Shown: positions 9,253 to 19,984, counted from the stretch's first letter. The stretch: 64,000 bases of DNA from an uncultured Haloferula sp. (GCA_965652295.1 CBFGTS010000003.1:192001-256000), one strand, 5' to 3'. The notes: generated by a model from the sequence alone, not told the origin. Numbers and translations: made by a program.

Positions 9253-10299
9253 CTATTCCACGGTGACCACCGAGCCATTGACCTCGATGCGCCGGTCGAT
9301 ATCGAAGGTCACATAGTCCAGGCGATCGATGCCGAAAGGAGTCACGGTGAGGAGTTCGATGGTGTATTGGCCGCTGTCGTCGATGGCGGTGTCCCAATCA
9401 TCGATGACCAGCGTGCGGTCCTGCGGCACGGAGTCGTAGTGAACCAGCCCCGATCCTGGAATGACCACACCTTCCGTTCCGAGCACGGGCGGCCCCGGAT
9501 AGATCTGCGCGTAGGTGCGCGAGTCGGGGTAGAGATCGTTCATGGTGAACGTGAGCGACGGCGTTTCAAAGCCGACCTGCTGGTCGTCGACCAAACCATC
9601 GATCGTCCCGTCGGCCACCGGCCAGATCTGCACGAACATCGCCGCGAGCTGCAAAGACGGTGCTTGATAGTCTTCCAGCGAATAAACCGAGAACCGCTCC
9701 TCGCCACGAACCTTGGAACGATCCGCTCCCGGAACCGAGTTGACCTGAATGGTCATGCGATGGAGCGCGTTGTTTGTCAGGGAAACCTGGCTGAGTAGGG
9801 CAGCTTGGGTCCGATCGATCTCCAAGCCGCTCCCCCCTTCCCCATACGACTGGACGTGGCGCAGCAGGTTCACGCTTGTAGACGCCTCCGTCGCATTTGG
9901 GTCATCCGCCGCCAGCAGCCCGGAAACCTCGATATCAACCACGAAAGGCCGGTCGGCGCGGGTCCGTGGAATGCCGGTGTAAATGTAGGGGTCTTCGGTA
10001 CGAATCAACACATTTGCCTTCGGAACGTAAGTGCTTACGTAACGAGTATCGAGCAAGTAGACTTTGACCGGATCGTTCTTGATCGTCCACAGCTCGAAGC
10101 GCGCACCACCTTCCTCGATTTCGAGCGGAGAATACGTTGCTTCAGTTCCATTGGTGGGCTCCACGGACATATCCCAGGTCACACCTGTCACGACTTGGAC
10201 CTGACGCACGAAGTTGGTGAAGTAGTCAGCCGCCTGGCCGAAGACCGGGCCACAGATTGCGATCAGCGCCAGGGAACGTGCGATGAGTTTCATTTTCAT
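9253..10299 (-). CDS. Secreted beta-rich hypothetical protein
   Basis: Signal peptide, 348-aa ORF overlapping upstream gene. Confidence 0.75.
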   Translation of the reverse strand: MKMKLIARSLALIAICGPVFGQAADYFTNFVRQVQVVTGVTWDMSVEPTNGTEATYSPLEIEEGGARFELWTIKNDPVKVYLLDTRYVSTYVPKANVLIRTEDPYIYTGIPRTRADRPFVVDIEVSGLLAADDPNATEASTSVNLLRHVQSYGEGGSGLEIDRTQAALLSQVSLTNNALHRMTIQVNSVPGADRSKVRGEERFSVYSLEDYQAPSLQLAAMFVQIWPVADGTIDGLVDDQQVGFETPSLTFTMNDLYPDSRTYAQIYPGPPVLGTEGVVIPGSGLVHYDSVPQDRTLVIDDWDTAIDDSGQYTIELLTVTPFGIDRLDYVTFDIDRRIEVNGSVVTVE

Positions 10300-10850
10300 T
10301 CCGCTTCGGTCTGGGTGATGGTGGCTTCCGGGTCGATCTTGAGGGGCAGCACCGAGATCGGTCCCCCTTTCAGAACGGCGACGACCAAATTCGAACTGGT
10401 TGCGATGTAATCCCGCTTCTCCTTCGCGATCGCCTCATTGCCCTCGGCTTGGGCCTGGGAAACTTCAATGGTGGTGATCCACCCGCGGTTGCGTTTGTAG
10501 AACTCCGACCAGCCCACGATGCGGGTACCGGGCTTCATCCCGAGATGCTCTTTGTGATCTTCAGGCGTCGAGAGGATGGCCTGCTTCGGAACGAGTGTCG
10601 TGAATCCGCCGAAGCTGATGATGTCGGACTGCTCCAACAGGTTGATTGGCTGATTGACCTTCGTCGGGTCCTCGCCATGGACGGTTTCGAGCTTTTTCAT
10701 CGGGTCCCGCTGGCGGAACTTCCGGAGCTCCAGCTCCAGCTGTTCGTGGGTGGCGGCGTCGCGATAGACCGGCATGTCTTCGCTGCCGGCGACCTGTGTC
10801 GGGATCGACTGGAGAAGAATGGCGGCGAGAACGGGAGAAAGTCGTTTCAT
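10296..10850 (-). CDS. Secreted hypothetical protein
   Basis: MKRLSPVLAAILL signal peptide; operonic arrangement. Confidence 0.7.
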   Translation of the reverse strand: MKRLSPVLAAILLQSIPTQVAGSEDMPVYRDAATHEQLELELRKFRQRDPMKKLETVHGEDPTKVNQPINLLEQSDIISFGGFTTLVPKQAILSTPEDHKEHLGMKPGTRIVGWSEFYKRNRGWITTIEVSQAQAEGNEAIAKEKRDYIATSSNLVVAVLKGGPISVLPLKIDPEATITQTEAE

Positions 10851-10879
10851 GGAAATGCATGGTGAAGTGGGACGCCTGC

Positions 10880-11770
10880 TCACGGGGCTTCGTCATCGAC
10901 GGTGGGATCCGAATCGAGATCGATGAACGGCGCGCTGCCCGGATTGCTTGAATCGATGCCGTCGAGGTTGTTCCCGTGGCCGTTGTTGTTTTTCGCCTTG
11001 GACTTGAAGGTGACCAGAATGACCAGATCCTGAAGGTCATAGCCGGGGTCAGACTGCTGGGAATCGTAGTGGGTCAACTCCATGAAGAGGATCACGTCCA
11101 TGGGGCCGATCGCCGTCTTTCCGTCCTGCGACAGGTAGGGCTTGATGAAGCTTTCCAGCGACGGCGCGTTGTAGTCAGGGACGTTTGAAGGCGGAGTGTC
11201 GCGGTTGACCAAGGAGCGGACGTTGTCCGTTCCGCTGTCCGAATTGAAAAGAGGCCCCCAGGAGCGGTTGTAGTAATACCGTCCGCCAAACTTGAGTTTT
11301 TGGTTCTTACCGAGGGTAAAGGTACTCACCACTTGGTTCGGATTCACCTCCAGGTTCGTGCCGTAGAAGATGCGCTGGTAGCTTCCTCCACCCACGCTCA
11401 TCAATGCCTCGGTGGGCACGAAGGTGTAATCGCTACTGCCGTAGCTCGTCGCCGTCACCCCCGCACCGAGAATGCGGATTTCACAATCGACCTCCTCATC
11501 CGCCTCAAGCGTGGCCGGTGGGATGATGGTGACGTAATCCTCGACGATCGAGGGATAGTTGATCCCCCAAGTCAATGTCGGTCGGGTGCCGGCTTGGACT
11601 ACCTGCGGCGAAGCGGTCAACCACCCTGACGGAAGAATCGGAAAGGTCTTTGCCGTGGAGCTATTCTTATCCGGATCGGATGAAGAAGTCCTGCGTCTTG
11701 CGAATGCCGTGTCGGGGATCGCAGTGAACGCAACGCACAGCGCCGTGGTGGCGATGAGGCTGGTTTTCAT
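10880..11770 (-). CDS. Secreted hypothetical protein with NNGHGNN.DG.DSSNPG tail
   Basis: Signal peptide (AFA|R); DLQDLVILVTF followed by KNNNGHGNNLDGIDSSNPG. Confidence 0.75.
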   Translation of the reverse strand: MKTSLIATTALCVAFTAIPDTAFARRRTSSSDPDKNSSTAKTFPILPSGWLTASPQVVQAGTRPTLTWGINYPSIVEDYVTIIPPATLEADEEVDCEIRILGAGVTATSYGSSDYTFVPTEALMSVGGGSYQRIFYGTNLEVNPNQVVSTFTLGKNQKLKFGGRYYYNRSWGPLFNSDSGTDNVRSLVNRDTPPSNVPDYNAPSLESFIKPYLSQDGKTAIGPMDVILFMELTHYDSQQSDPGYDLQDLVILVTFKSKAKNNNGHGNNLDGIDSSNPGSAPFIDLDSDPTVDDEAP

Positions 11771-12082
11771 GGCTGGTGTGTGGGTGTGACTGCCGGGCAG
11801 CTATCGGCTGGCTCCGGATCGGCGATCGGGATGGATCGCCGGCGGAAGCCGGTCCGGAGGAGGTAAAGGCAGGGAGGCTCCTTGGCTTAGGATTCGCCCT
11901 GCCGGTTCGGGACAGAACCCCTCTCCGGACCGCCGCAACCTCCCGTCAGGACTCGGGAATTGCGGACAACTTTGCTAGTGTGGGACTAAAGGATGCTCGG
12001 CAGTCGGGTGTTGGGTGTGTGGTGTAAGGGTGGGTCAGCAGTGAACAGAATAGATGAATTGCCGCGATCAGGTATTACGCGA

Positions 12083-12856
12083 TCAGTTAGGGTGCCGATG
12101 TCGCCAGGGACCGGCAGGTACGTCCCGCTCCTCGACGAAACGCCACTGGACGCGATCGCCGCTGCGCAGGCCGAGAAAATCGCGGACCGCAGGGCTCAGA
12201 TCGATGCCGGCCCCGCCGTTGCGGTTCTCACGCGGCTCTTCGCCGCCGAAGACATACTCCCAGTGGTCGGTCTGGAACGGGCCCACGTCCTCCCATTGGG
12301 CGTAGCAGACGCGGCCGTGACGGTGGATCGCGAGCCAGCGGCCGCGGCACACGGAGACTCCGGCACCACGGTATTCGCTCCAGAACCAGGGAATCACTTG
12401 GGCGGCCTCCGGGCGATGATACCCGTCGGGCCCCAGATCGTTGTAGGGCAGGGCGATGTAAAACGGGTTCAGCCGCGGACGGAAGCCGGCGGGGAGGTAG
12501 CCCGCGCGCCGCGACGGGTCATCGTAGCCGCCGAAATTGTCCTGCCAGTTCGGATCCCAGGCACTGGCCACGTTCGCCACCGGGTTGTTCTCGGTGGCCT
12601 GCTCGCCCACCCAGAACACCGTCGCCACCACGTTTCCGCGCCAGGAGGCGACGTCGTGGTAGGGTGAAAGCGCAGGCTCGAGCACGATCTTCGCCGGCTC
12701 CGGAGCACCAAAAGGATCGCTGAGGGCGGGAAGCCGCTCACGGCGATCTTCCAGCAGCCATTCATGCCTCTCCGAAAGCATCCGACCAAGCCCCATGCCC
12801 TCGGCGGTGACCGCAGTCACCCAGGCAAGGAGGAAGATCGGGACGGAGGAATTCAT
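12083..12856 (-). CDS. Secreted conserved protein, possible double-psi beta-barrel (RlpA/3D-like) glycan-active fold
   Basis: ATVFWVGE, NPFYIALPYND, YAQWEDVGPF, GIDLSPAV resemble DPBB D.GP/IDLS motifs. Confidence 0.6.
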   Translation of the reverse strand: MNSSVPIFLLAWVTAVTAEGMGLGRMLSERHEWLLEDRRERLPALSDPFGAPEPAKIVLEPALSPYHDVASWRGNVVATVFWVGEQATENNPVANVASAWDPNWQDNFGGYDDPSRRAGYLPAGFRPRLNPFYIALPYNDLGPDGYHRPEAAQVIPWFWSEYRGAGVSVCRGRWLAIHRHGRVCYAQWEDVGPFQTDHWEYVFGGEEPRENRNGGAGIDLSPAVRDFLGLRSGDRVQWRFVEERDVPAGPWRHRHPN

Positions 12857-13088
12857 AAAAATTGTGTGCGCTTTAACGATTCGAGGTATATTTCACCTTT
12901 CCTAAGCATCCAAGAGTTTTTTGAAAAAACTTTGAACGTTTTGAATATTTTGCGGTCTGAAGCTCACGGCGGTGAATCCTTGGTGGGCTTCAAGTCCTTC
13001 TGGAGGAGGCCCGCTCTTTCCTCAATCGTGAAGGTCCCTTAGGAATTTTAACGGTTAGGATCCGTAGATGTTCGCAGATCCGGGGCTT

Positions 13089-14834
13089 TCAACGCCCGAG
13101 CCCGAAGCGTCGCTCCAGCTCACCGAGGGAAAACTCGGTCAAAGTGGGACGCCCGTCCGCGGCACAATAGGGCAGGTCGCACTCGAAAAGCTGGTCCAGC
13201 ACGGCGAGTGCCTCTTCCGGCCGCGGCGCTTCCAGCAGGGCGGCCCGGCGTGCCAGCGAACGGGCGAGCTTTTCGTAGGCGAAACGCCGTGACATCGAGG
13301 CCTCGTCCGCCAGTTCGTCGGCCAGTTCGGTGAGGAGTTTGCCCACTTCCGCTGGCTCGACAAATCCCGGCGCGGCGGAAACCTGAACGCTGCCGCCTCC
13401 GAAATCGCCGACCTCGAACCCGGCGGACCCCAGCCCATCGCGGTGCGCCAGCAACAGTTCAGCCTCGCGCGGCCCCGGATCGAGCACCACGGGCACCAGC
13501 AGGCTTTGCGAAGCCACCCCGCCTTGACCGCCCGCGAGCAGTTTTTCGTAGAGAATCCGTTCCCGCGCCGCGCGGGGATCGAGCATCACCAGCCCGTCCT
13601 CCGATTCCAACAACGCGAACCGCCCGAGCAAGGTGCCAATGTAACGGAATCCCGGCCCCTCACGCTGAGGCGGCGTCTCCGGGATCAGCGGACGTTCCAC
13701 CATGACCGGATTCCAGCTCGCCGCCCGCGCTGGCGGGGCGGCGTAGGAAGGAGCGATGGCCGGGCGCGAGACCGGTTCGGCGGTGTCGGCCGGCCGCACG
13801 GGCGGAGCCGCCGCCGGCTCGCGCAGGACCGGACGTGGCGGCTGGAAGGCGGAGGAAGCACCCATCACCGCCGCGGCCACCGCTTCCCGCAGCTCGTGCG
13901 GACGCCGCAGACGGATCTCTCGCTTGGCCGGGTGGACGTTGACATCGACGAGCGAAGGATCGAGGTCGATCCACAGCCACGCCGCCGGGTTCAAGCCCTC
14001 ACCCAACCCGCCGCGGAAGCCCTCGATGAGCCCGCGGGAAATCGCCGAATCCTCCACCGGGCGACCGTTCAGGAACACGCACTGGTGCTTCCGCCCGCGC
14101 CGCGCATGGCCATGCGGCAACATGAAGCCTTCCACCTTCAGCCCATGGCCCTCGGTGGTTTCCAGCCGCAGCAACTCCTTCCCCACCGCCAGCCCCACGA
14201 TCTGCCGCAGCCGGTCGAAGCGATCCAGGCCCGCGGGCAGGTCGAACACCTCCTTCCCGTCCTTGCCGAAACGCAGCCGCACCCCCGCCGCCGCCAAGGC
14301 GTGCAACCGAAGTTGGTGCTCGATGTGGGCCGACTCGGTCGTCTCCGTCCGCAGGAATTTCCGCCGCGCCGGGACGTTGAAAAACAGATCCCGCACCTCG
14401 ATCACCGTACCCACCGGACAGCCGGCGTCGCGCGCCTCACCGATCGCTCCGCCGTTCACCTCGATCTCCACACCCGCCACGGTCTCGCCCGTTCTCGTTT
14501 TCAGGCGAAAACGGGAAACGCTCGCAATGCTCGGGATCGCCTCGCCGCGGAATCCCAGCGTGCGGATCCGGTGGAGATCAGCCGAATCCCGGAGTTTGCT
14601 CGTCGCGTGACGTTCCAGGCACATCCGGGCGTCCTCCGGCTCCATGCCGCAGCCGTCATCGGTCACCCGGATCATTGCCGCGCCGCCGCGGCGGATCTCC
14701 ACCAGCACTTCCCGCGCGCCGGCATCGATGCTGTTCTCAACCAACTCCTTGACCACGCTGGCCGGGCGCTCGACCACCTCGCCGGCTGCCACCTGGCTGG
14801 CCAGAACGTCGGGGAGCACTTGGATGCGCGGCAC
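13089..14834 (-). CDS. mutL: DNA mismatch repair protein MutL
   Basis: AAGEVVERPASVVKELVENSIDAGA, GFRGEA, DVNVHPAK. Confidence 0.97.
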   Translation of the reverse strand: MPRIQVLPDVLASQVAAGEVVERPASVVKELVENSIDAGAREVLVEIRRGGAAMIRVTDDGCGMEPEDARMCLERHATSKLRDSADLHRIRTLGFRGEAIPSIASVSRFRLKTRTGETVAGVEIEVNGGAIGEARDAGCPVGTVIEVRDLFFNVPARRKFLRTETTESAHIEHQLRLHALAAAGVRLRFGKDGKEVFDLPAGLDRFDRLRQIVGLAVGKELLRLETTEGHGLKVEGFMLPHGHARRGRKHQCVFLNGRPVEDSAISRGLIEGFRGGLGEGLNPAAWLWIDLDPSLVDVNVHPAKREIRLRRPHELREAVAAAVMGASSAFQPPRPVLREPAAAPPVRPADTAEPVSRPAIAPSYAAPPARAASWNPVMVERPLIPETPPQREGPGFRYIGTLLGRFALLESEDGLVMLDPRAARERILYEKLLAGGQGGVASQSLLVPVVLDPGPREAELLLAHRDGLGSAGFEVGDFGGGSVQVSAAPGFVEPAEVGKLLTELADELADEASMSRRFAYEKLARSLARRAALLEAPRPEEALAVLDQLFECDLPYCAADGRPTLTEFSLGELERRFGLGR

Positions 14835-14942
14835 GCCGCCACTTCAAACCCCAATTGCCAATTATCCAACATCCAATCACTCTCGTCCGTCGGCTCATTT
14901 TTCCCTCGCACCCCCGCCCTGCCGCCTTATCTAGACCTCGTC

Positions 14943-15317
14943 ATGATCACCATCAGCGAACGCGCCGCCAGCGCCCTCCGCGACCTCCTTGCCAGCAAGG
15001 GCGCGTCGGAGCAGACCGGCCTGCGCCTCGCCGTCCGCCGCGGCGGCTGCGCCGGCTGGCAGTATGAGATGAAAATCGCCGAAGCCGAAGAGGGCGACCA
15101 GATTTCCGCCTTCGAGGGTGGCCGCCTGATCGTCGCCGGCGACAGCGCCGAAAAACTCGACGGCTGCGAGGTCGATTACTCCGACGGCCTCTCCGACGCC
15201 GGTTTCCGCATCGTCAATCCCCAGGCCGTCCGCTCGTGCGGCTGCGGCACCTCGTTCGAAACCGCCGCCGACCCGCCGTCGGACTTCGATCCCGAGGACG
15301 ACTGCACCACGAAATAG
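14943..15317 (+). CDS. HesB/IscA family Fe-S assembly protein
   Basis: GGCAG and NPQAVRSCGCGTSF. Confidence 0.92.
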   Translation: MITISERAASALRDLLASKGASEQTGLRLAVRRGGCAGWQYEMKIAEAEEGDQISAFEGGRLIVAGDSAEKLDGCEVDYSDGLSDAGFRIVNPQAVRSCGCGTSFETAADPPSDFDPEDDCTTK

Positions 15318-16070
15318 ATGAGCCCGAAGGCGGAAGCAGCTCCCCGACGCCGTCGCGGCCACTACTACTGGTGGCTGCTGGCCAATACCGTCGCCGCCTG
15401 CCTCGCGGTGCTCTCCTGGCTGCTCACCCTGCATGTTTTCGGCCACCCGGAGATCCCGCAGTTCTACGACCTGATCAGCAAGCTCGGCCGCGCCGAGCCA
15501 CCCGTCGGTTTCACCCTTCAGGAAGCCCCGCCCGGCGAGGCCGCCGATCCACAGAAGCTCTACACCCGCTACGCCGAGCTGCCCGAGGACAAGACCGCCA
15601 CCCTCAACCGCGCCCTGATGCGCAACTACCTCACCGGCCTCAAGCAGCCGGACCTCATCCAGTACGTCGAGGGCACCCTGGAAGTCGTCGAAACCCGCGA
15701 CCTCGGTCCGGACGACCTCTTTTCCGAAGGCTTCGCCGTCCGTGGCCGCGCCATGGTCCGGCCCGATGAATTCACCCAGCCGGTCCCCTATCCCGTCGTC
15801 ATCGACTACCTCTTCCCCACCGCCAACACCGCCGCGAGGAAATGGTTCGTCCCCGGCGACCAACTCAAGATTTCCAAGATCCCCAACTGCGCCATGCTCC
15901 TTCACGTGGGCCGCGCGATCGATGGAGATACGCCGTTGGTCGTGCTCAGCGTCGTGCCGCTCGTCATGACCGAGTATCAGGTCGGCGAAGACCGCCGCTT
16001 TTCCCTGAAAACCCCGGAGACCCTCGATCCCGGCGCGCGCCTCCCGGCCTTCGGGACCGGTGGCGAGTAG
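15318..16070 (+). CDS. Membrane-anchored hypothetical protein
   Basis: ATG directly follows the iscA-like stop; one N-terminal TM helix. Confidence 0.75.
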   Translation: MSPKAEAAPRRRRGHYYWWLLANTVAACLAVLSWLLTLHVFGHPEIPQFYDLISKLGRAEPPVGFTLQEAPPGEAADPQKLYTRYAELPEDKTATLNRALMRNYLTGLKQPDLIQYVEGTLEVVETRDLGPDDLFSEGFAVRGRAMVRPDEFTQPVPYPVVIDYLFPTANTAARKWFVPGDQLKISKIPNCAMLLHVGRAIDGDTPLVVLSVVPLVMTEYQVGEDRRFSLKTPETLDPGARLPAFGTGGE

Positions 16071-16125
16071 CTCCAAACCTTCTCTTCGCTTGGCACCGGT
16101 CGTCACGCCCGGCAGCCTCTCGGTC

Positions 16126-17355
16126 ATGGCTTGGCGTATCGACGAACAAGTGATCCGCGGCGAAATCGACAGCCGCACGCAAGGTCGCACCACCGGCCGC
16201 ATCTGGTTGCTCGGGCGCGATGAGCCCCTGCAGCTCGACCTCGAAGGCAACCCCTGGGCCGACCTCGCCGGGCACCTCCTTCATTTCAGCCACCCCGCGC
16301 CGGTTCCCGGTGAAATCGACCGCCTCGCCACCGAACAACGCGGCTCCGTCGGCGACATCACCGCCTCTCGCAAGCTCCGCGTGCCGGAGTGCCCGCTCGA
16401 CGAAATGCTGGCCCTCTCCAAAGCCGGCAAAGCCTACCCCTGGCACTGGTCCAACAGCCTCTACCTCGAGTGGTTCAGCCAGCGGAACGGCCGCGTCGTG
16501 ATCGAAAGCACCGACTTCGAACTCACCATCGATCCCGAACCGGCCTGGAGCATGTCTCCGGACGACGAGATCGCCCAACGCACCCGCAATGCCTCCGCCC
16601 TCAGCCGTTTCATGGACCGTCTCGGCGCGGTCACCGCCGGCGAGGCTCTCGATGACGACGCTCCGCAAAGCAAAGCCGAGGCGGAGGCCGACGCCCACAC
16701 CGACTGGATGAACCGCCTGCTCGATCGCATCGAGGCGCGGCTCGAACGCGAAGGACTCGACGAAGCCGACTACGAGAGCATCTACGAAGAAGAACGCGCG
16801 CGTTTGCAGAAGGAGACCGGCTATCCACCCGAACCGGCGGACGACGACGAGACCGAAGAAGAGCGGCAGGCATGGATCGATGAGATGAACGCCATCGCCG
16901 CCGAGGCCCTCGTGGAAATGGAAAGCGAGGCGTGGAAAGAGCGGCCCGAACCCCGGCGGCCCGAGCTGCTCGACCGCGCCATGGACCTCGGCATCCAGCT
17001 CCATGCCGACATCGAAGCCTGGATCTCGGAAGACTCTCCTGCCGAGCACCCGCTCCGCGAAATCGCCTGGGGCGTGCAGTTCGCCTCCGTCAAAATCGGC
17101 GGCGCCCTCGGTCACGATGCCGATGAACCGTGGCCGCCCGATCCGCTCATGGCGGGCGACAGCCTGGTGCGCCTCAAGAAGTCCCGCGACTGCCTCCGCG
17201 ACGCCCTGCGCGCCATGGATTGCGCTGATGAGGAAAGCCTCGCCACGCCCGAGTGGCGCATCACCTCCCGCCGCGCCATCGCCGACATCCTCGGCGAGGT
17301 CCAGCTGCTCATTGTGCAGCTCCGTGAGGTGTTGAAAGACACGCCGGAGGCCTGA
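16126..17355 (+). CDS. Acidic hypothetical protein
   Basis: Long ORF with host codon bias (MAWRIDEQVIRGEID...LYLEWFSQRNGRVVIES). Confidence 0.75.
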   Translation: MAWRIDEQVIRGEIDSRTQGRTTGRIWLLGRDEPLQLDLEGNPWADLAGHLLHFSHPAPVPGEIDRLATEQRGSVGDITASRKLRVPECPLDEMLALSKAGKAYPWHWSNSLYLEWFSQRNGRVVIESTDFELTIDPEPAWSMSPDDEIAQRTRNASALSRFMDRLGAVTAGEALDDDAPQSKAEAEADAHTDWMNRLLDRIEARLEREGLDEADYESIYEEERARLQKETGYPPEPADDDETEEERQAWIDEMNAIAAEALVEMESEAWKERPEPRRPELLDRAMDLGIQLHADIEAWISEDSPAEHPLREIAWGVQFASVKIGGALGHDADEPWPPDPLMAGDSLVRLKKSRDCLRDALRAMDCADEESLATPEWRITSRRAIADILGEVQLLIVQLREVLKDTPEA

Positions 17356-17434
17356 GAGATCGCAACGCAAGAGCCGCGCCCCGTCCGGAAAAGCCCCGAA
17401 CCGGAGGGACGCGGTCTGTTTACCCGGAAAAAGC

Positions 17435-19765
17435 CTACGGCTCGGTCTGCGAGACTTCGATCCGGGTGAACAAACGGGCCGGAACCGGGCCGGTGACGGT
17501 CGCGGTGACCGTCGTCGTTCCGCTGGCTGGCATGTCCCCGGTCGCGACGAAGGTCACCGTCGTTCCCGCGGCCGTTTCGCCGCTGGCGTGCCACGTCACC
17601 AGGTCGGTGGACCAGCGGTAGGCTGCGCTCACGTCGCCCGCCACCTCCTCGTTCTGCGGATGGAGGAACGTGACGGTGCCGCCGGACTTCGCGATGCCGG
17701 TCACCCCTGAATTCGTTGCGCCCGGATCGGTGCCGAAGAAATTCTCAACACCGTTCGCAAGGCCATCGCCGTCCGGATCGTCGTTGAAACCGGTCGCCCC
17801 CCCCACGCCGGGGTAGTTCGAGATCCAGGTCGCGTAATCGTCGGCCGGACCGCTGAGACCGGTGAGGTCCACATGGAAAGCACGATCGCCCGCGAGTTCG
17901 ACGTAGCTGCCGTCGATCTCCGCCACCGCCTCGCCACGGAAGGCGGTGCCACCGGCATAGCCGTCCAGCGACGTCCCGCTCAGCTCGAAGTAGGGATCAC
18001 CGGCCGTCGTGGAGATTTCGAAGTAATAGGTGGTATCGGGATCCAAGGTTCCGATTTCAGCCGCCGACAGATCGAAGGTCAGGTAGGTTCCCGAGCCAAG
18101 GTTGTCCGGCTGGGCGGCATTCACCAGCGCATCGCCGGTGTAGAGGGCCGCGTCGGAGTGGAAGACCGGGGTCTTCACACCGCCCGTGACCGTGCCGAAC
18201 TGGAACTTGAGGAGGTCGCCGTTTTGTAGGTCGTAGTAGGTCCCGTTGCCGAGATAGTTGTCCCACTGCACGTGGCGGACGGTGACCGAAGCGATGGTGT
18301 AGCCGAGCGGATCGGAGCCCGTGGTGAACGACATGCCCTGGCTTGTTTTGTCGAAGGCTACATAAGTCGACTCATCATTGTCCCCCGAGGTGACGATCGG
18401 AATGCCGCCGGGACTGCCGTCGATGTTGTCGACATCGTCCACATTGCCCGGGAGATAGAACTCGTCGAACGAATCCGTCGCAGGCGCGGTGAGACCTGCG
18501 GTGACCGTGAGATCGACCAGACGCACCGTCGCCACCTCCGAGAACGTCTCCCTCGGAAACCCCTCTTCCGCCACTGCCGCATCGTCGGAAACAATCACGT
18601 AGTAGCCCCCCGCCTCGGCAGCACCGATCCCGCCAAGTTCAAGCGTCGCGGTCGTCGCACCCGTGATGTTGCCGCCATCGGAAAGCTCGATGTCGCCTCC
18701 CTCGCCGACTTTGAACCACTGGTAGCTCAGGTTCCCCACGCCAGTGGCGATCACGGTTAGCTCGACCGTCGAGCCGGCGAAAGCACCGGTCGATGCCGGT
18801 TGTTGCGTGATGGTCGGATTGGGAAAAATCAAATCCACCAACACCTCGTCGCTGGTGGCATCTCCATTCTCATTGCTGGCGATCACCCGGTAGAAACCGT
18901 TGTCGGCGGTCGCCGCGGGATCGATGACCAGCGAGGCGTTCGTCTCGCCCCCCAGGTCGATCCACGGATCCTCCCCGTCCGCGGAATACTGCCACTGATA
19001 GGTCGGCGCGGGCTCGGCTGCCGCCGAGGAGGTCAGGGTCACCGTATCCCCCACGAAACCGAAGAAATCCTCCGGCTGGGTGACGAAGACCGGCACCGGC
19101 GAATCGGGGATGAGGACCACGTTGTCCAGCACCGGCCATGACTCCGTAGCCGCCGGGCGGAAGGTGTTGAAACGAAGGAAAAGCTCCTGCGTCCCCGCCG
19201 CGCTGAGATCGAGCGTGGCCGTGACGGACTCGACCAGCCCGTCCACGCCCGTGGTGGTCATGGTGAAACTCTGCGAACCGAGGAAGGTGACCCCGTCGGC
19301 ACCACGAACGTCGGCGGTGTCATCCGGCGTGAACGCTCCGACCCCGTCATAGGCATAGACACCGATGGTCAGCCCGAGCTCGCGCCCTCCGGGGTCGTCG
19401 TTCGGCGCACCCCAGTCGAACTGCACGTCGACCGAGGTCAGCCCGTCGGCGGTCCCGATGCTTTGGTAGAGATGATTGCCCGTGTCGGCGTCGGCCGATG
19501 CCGTGTTCTGGACCGCTCCCGCTTCATACGAGCCAAGCACGACGACCGTCGTACCATTGGGAGTGATGGCTGCGGCGTTCGTCTGCCAGGTGCCGTGCCA
19601 GAACGTGCCATCGCTGGTGTCATTCCAATCGCTGACGTTGTCGATATTGTTGCCGGCACCGGTCTCGAAGTTGCCGTTGGTGATCGCGAGCTGGGCGTGC
19701 GCAGCCGGCGCGCCACCCATCACGGCACCGAACATGCAGGCCAGAACGAGTTCGTGGTATTTCAT
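17435..19765 (-). CDS. Secreted surface protein with two Ig-like domains and a Verrucomicrobia-type C-terminal domain
   Basis: Signal peptide; PTYQWQ...DNGFYRV and LSYQWFK...AGGYYV; tail YATWI...DPDGDGLANGVENFFGTDP...RLFTRIEV. Confidence 0.85.
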   Translation of the reverse strand: MKYHELVLACMFGAVMGGAPAAHAQLAITNGNFETGAGNNIDNVSDWNDTSDGTFWHGTWQTNAAAITPNGTTVVVLGSYEAGAVQNTASADADTGNHLYQSIGTADGLTSVDVQFDWGAPNDDPGGRELGLTIGVYAYDGVGAFTPDDTADVRGADGVTFLGSQSFTMTTTGVDGLVESVTATLDLSAAGTQELFLRFNTFRPAATESWPVLDNVVLIPDSPVPVFVTQPEDFFGFVGDTVTLTSSAAAEPAPTYQWQYSADGEDPWIDLGGETNASLVIDPAATADNGFYRVIASNENGDATSDEVLVDLIFPNPTITQQPASTGAFAGSTVELTVIATGVGNLSYQWFKVGEGGDIELSDGGNITGATTATLELGGIGAAEAGGYYVIVSDDAAVAEEGFPRETFSEVATVRLVDLTVTAGLTAPATDSFDEFYLPGNVDDVDNIDGSPGGIPIVTSGDNDESTYVAFDKTSQGMSFTTGSDPLGYTIASVTVRHVQWDNYLGNGTYYDLQNGDLLKFQFGTVTGGVKTPVFHSDAALYTGDALVNAAQPDNLGSGTYLTFDLSAAEIGTLDPDTTYYFEISTTAGDPYFELSGTSLDGYAGGTAFRGEAVAEIDGSYVELAGDRAFHVDLTGLSGPADDYATWISNYPGVGGATGFNDDPDGDGLANGVENFFGTDPGATNSGVTGIAKSGGTVTFLHPQNEEVAGDVSAAYRWSTDLVTWHASGETAAGTTVTFVATGDMPASGTTTVTATVTGPVPARLFTRIEVSQTEP

Positions 19766-19848
19766 GGAGTCCATCATCGGGGGGGTTCTCGTGCTGCTCG
19801 GACGCCTGCCGCAGGTCGGCACCGTCGTGAGCAGTCCTTCGTGCCCAA

Positions 19849-19877
19849 GAAGCGGATTGTGCGCGGAGAATCCGACA
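19849..19877 (-). promoter_or_regulatory. Putative ECF promoter, copy 1 (TGTCGGATTCTC-N8-ATCCGCTTC)
   Basis: Identical to the 20778-20806 motif apart from the 8-nt spacer; lies upstream of the Ig protein gene. Confidence 0.65.
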
Positions 19878-19921
19878 GGGGTGCCGTGATTTCTTCCGCC
19901 TCCACCGCGCCCGGGCTTTTG

Positions 19922-19959
19922 AAAACGAAAAGGCCGCCGCGGGGCTCTCCGCGGCGGCC
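19922..19959 (-). terminator. Rho-independent terminator of the PEP-CTERM gene
   Basis: GGCCGCCGCGG/CCGCGGCGGCC 11-bp stem followed by TTTTCGTTTT on the minus strand. Confidence 0.8.
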
Positions 19960-19984
19960 CGTGGTGAGACAGGTTTCGGAGAGA

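Noticed and set aside
13443..14942. Long N-terminal extensions of the iscA-like ORF (also the ORFs starting at 3832, 24353 and 38504)
   Set aside because: They overlap real genes; family homology begins at the downstream ATG.
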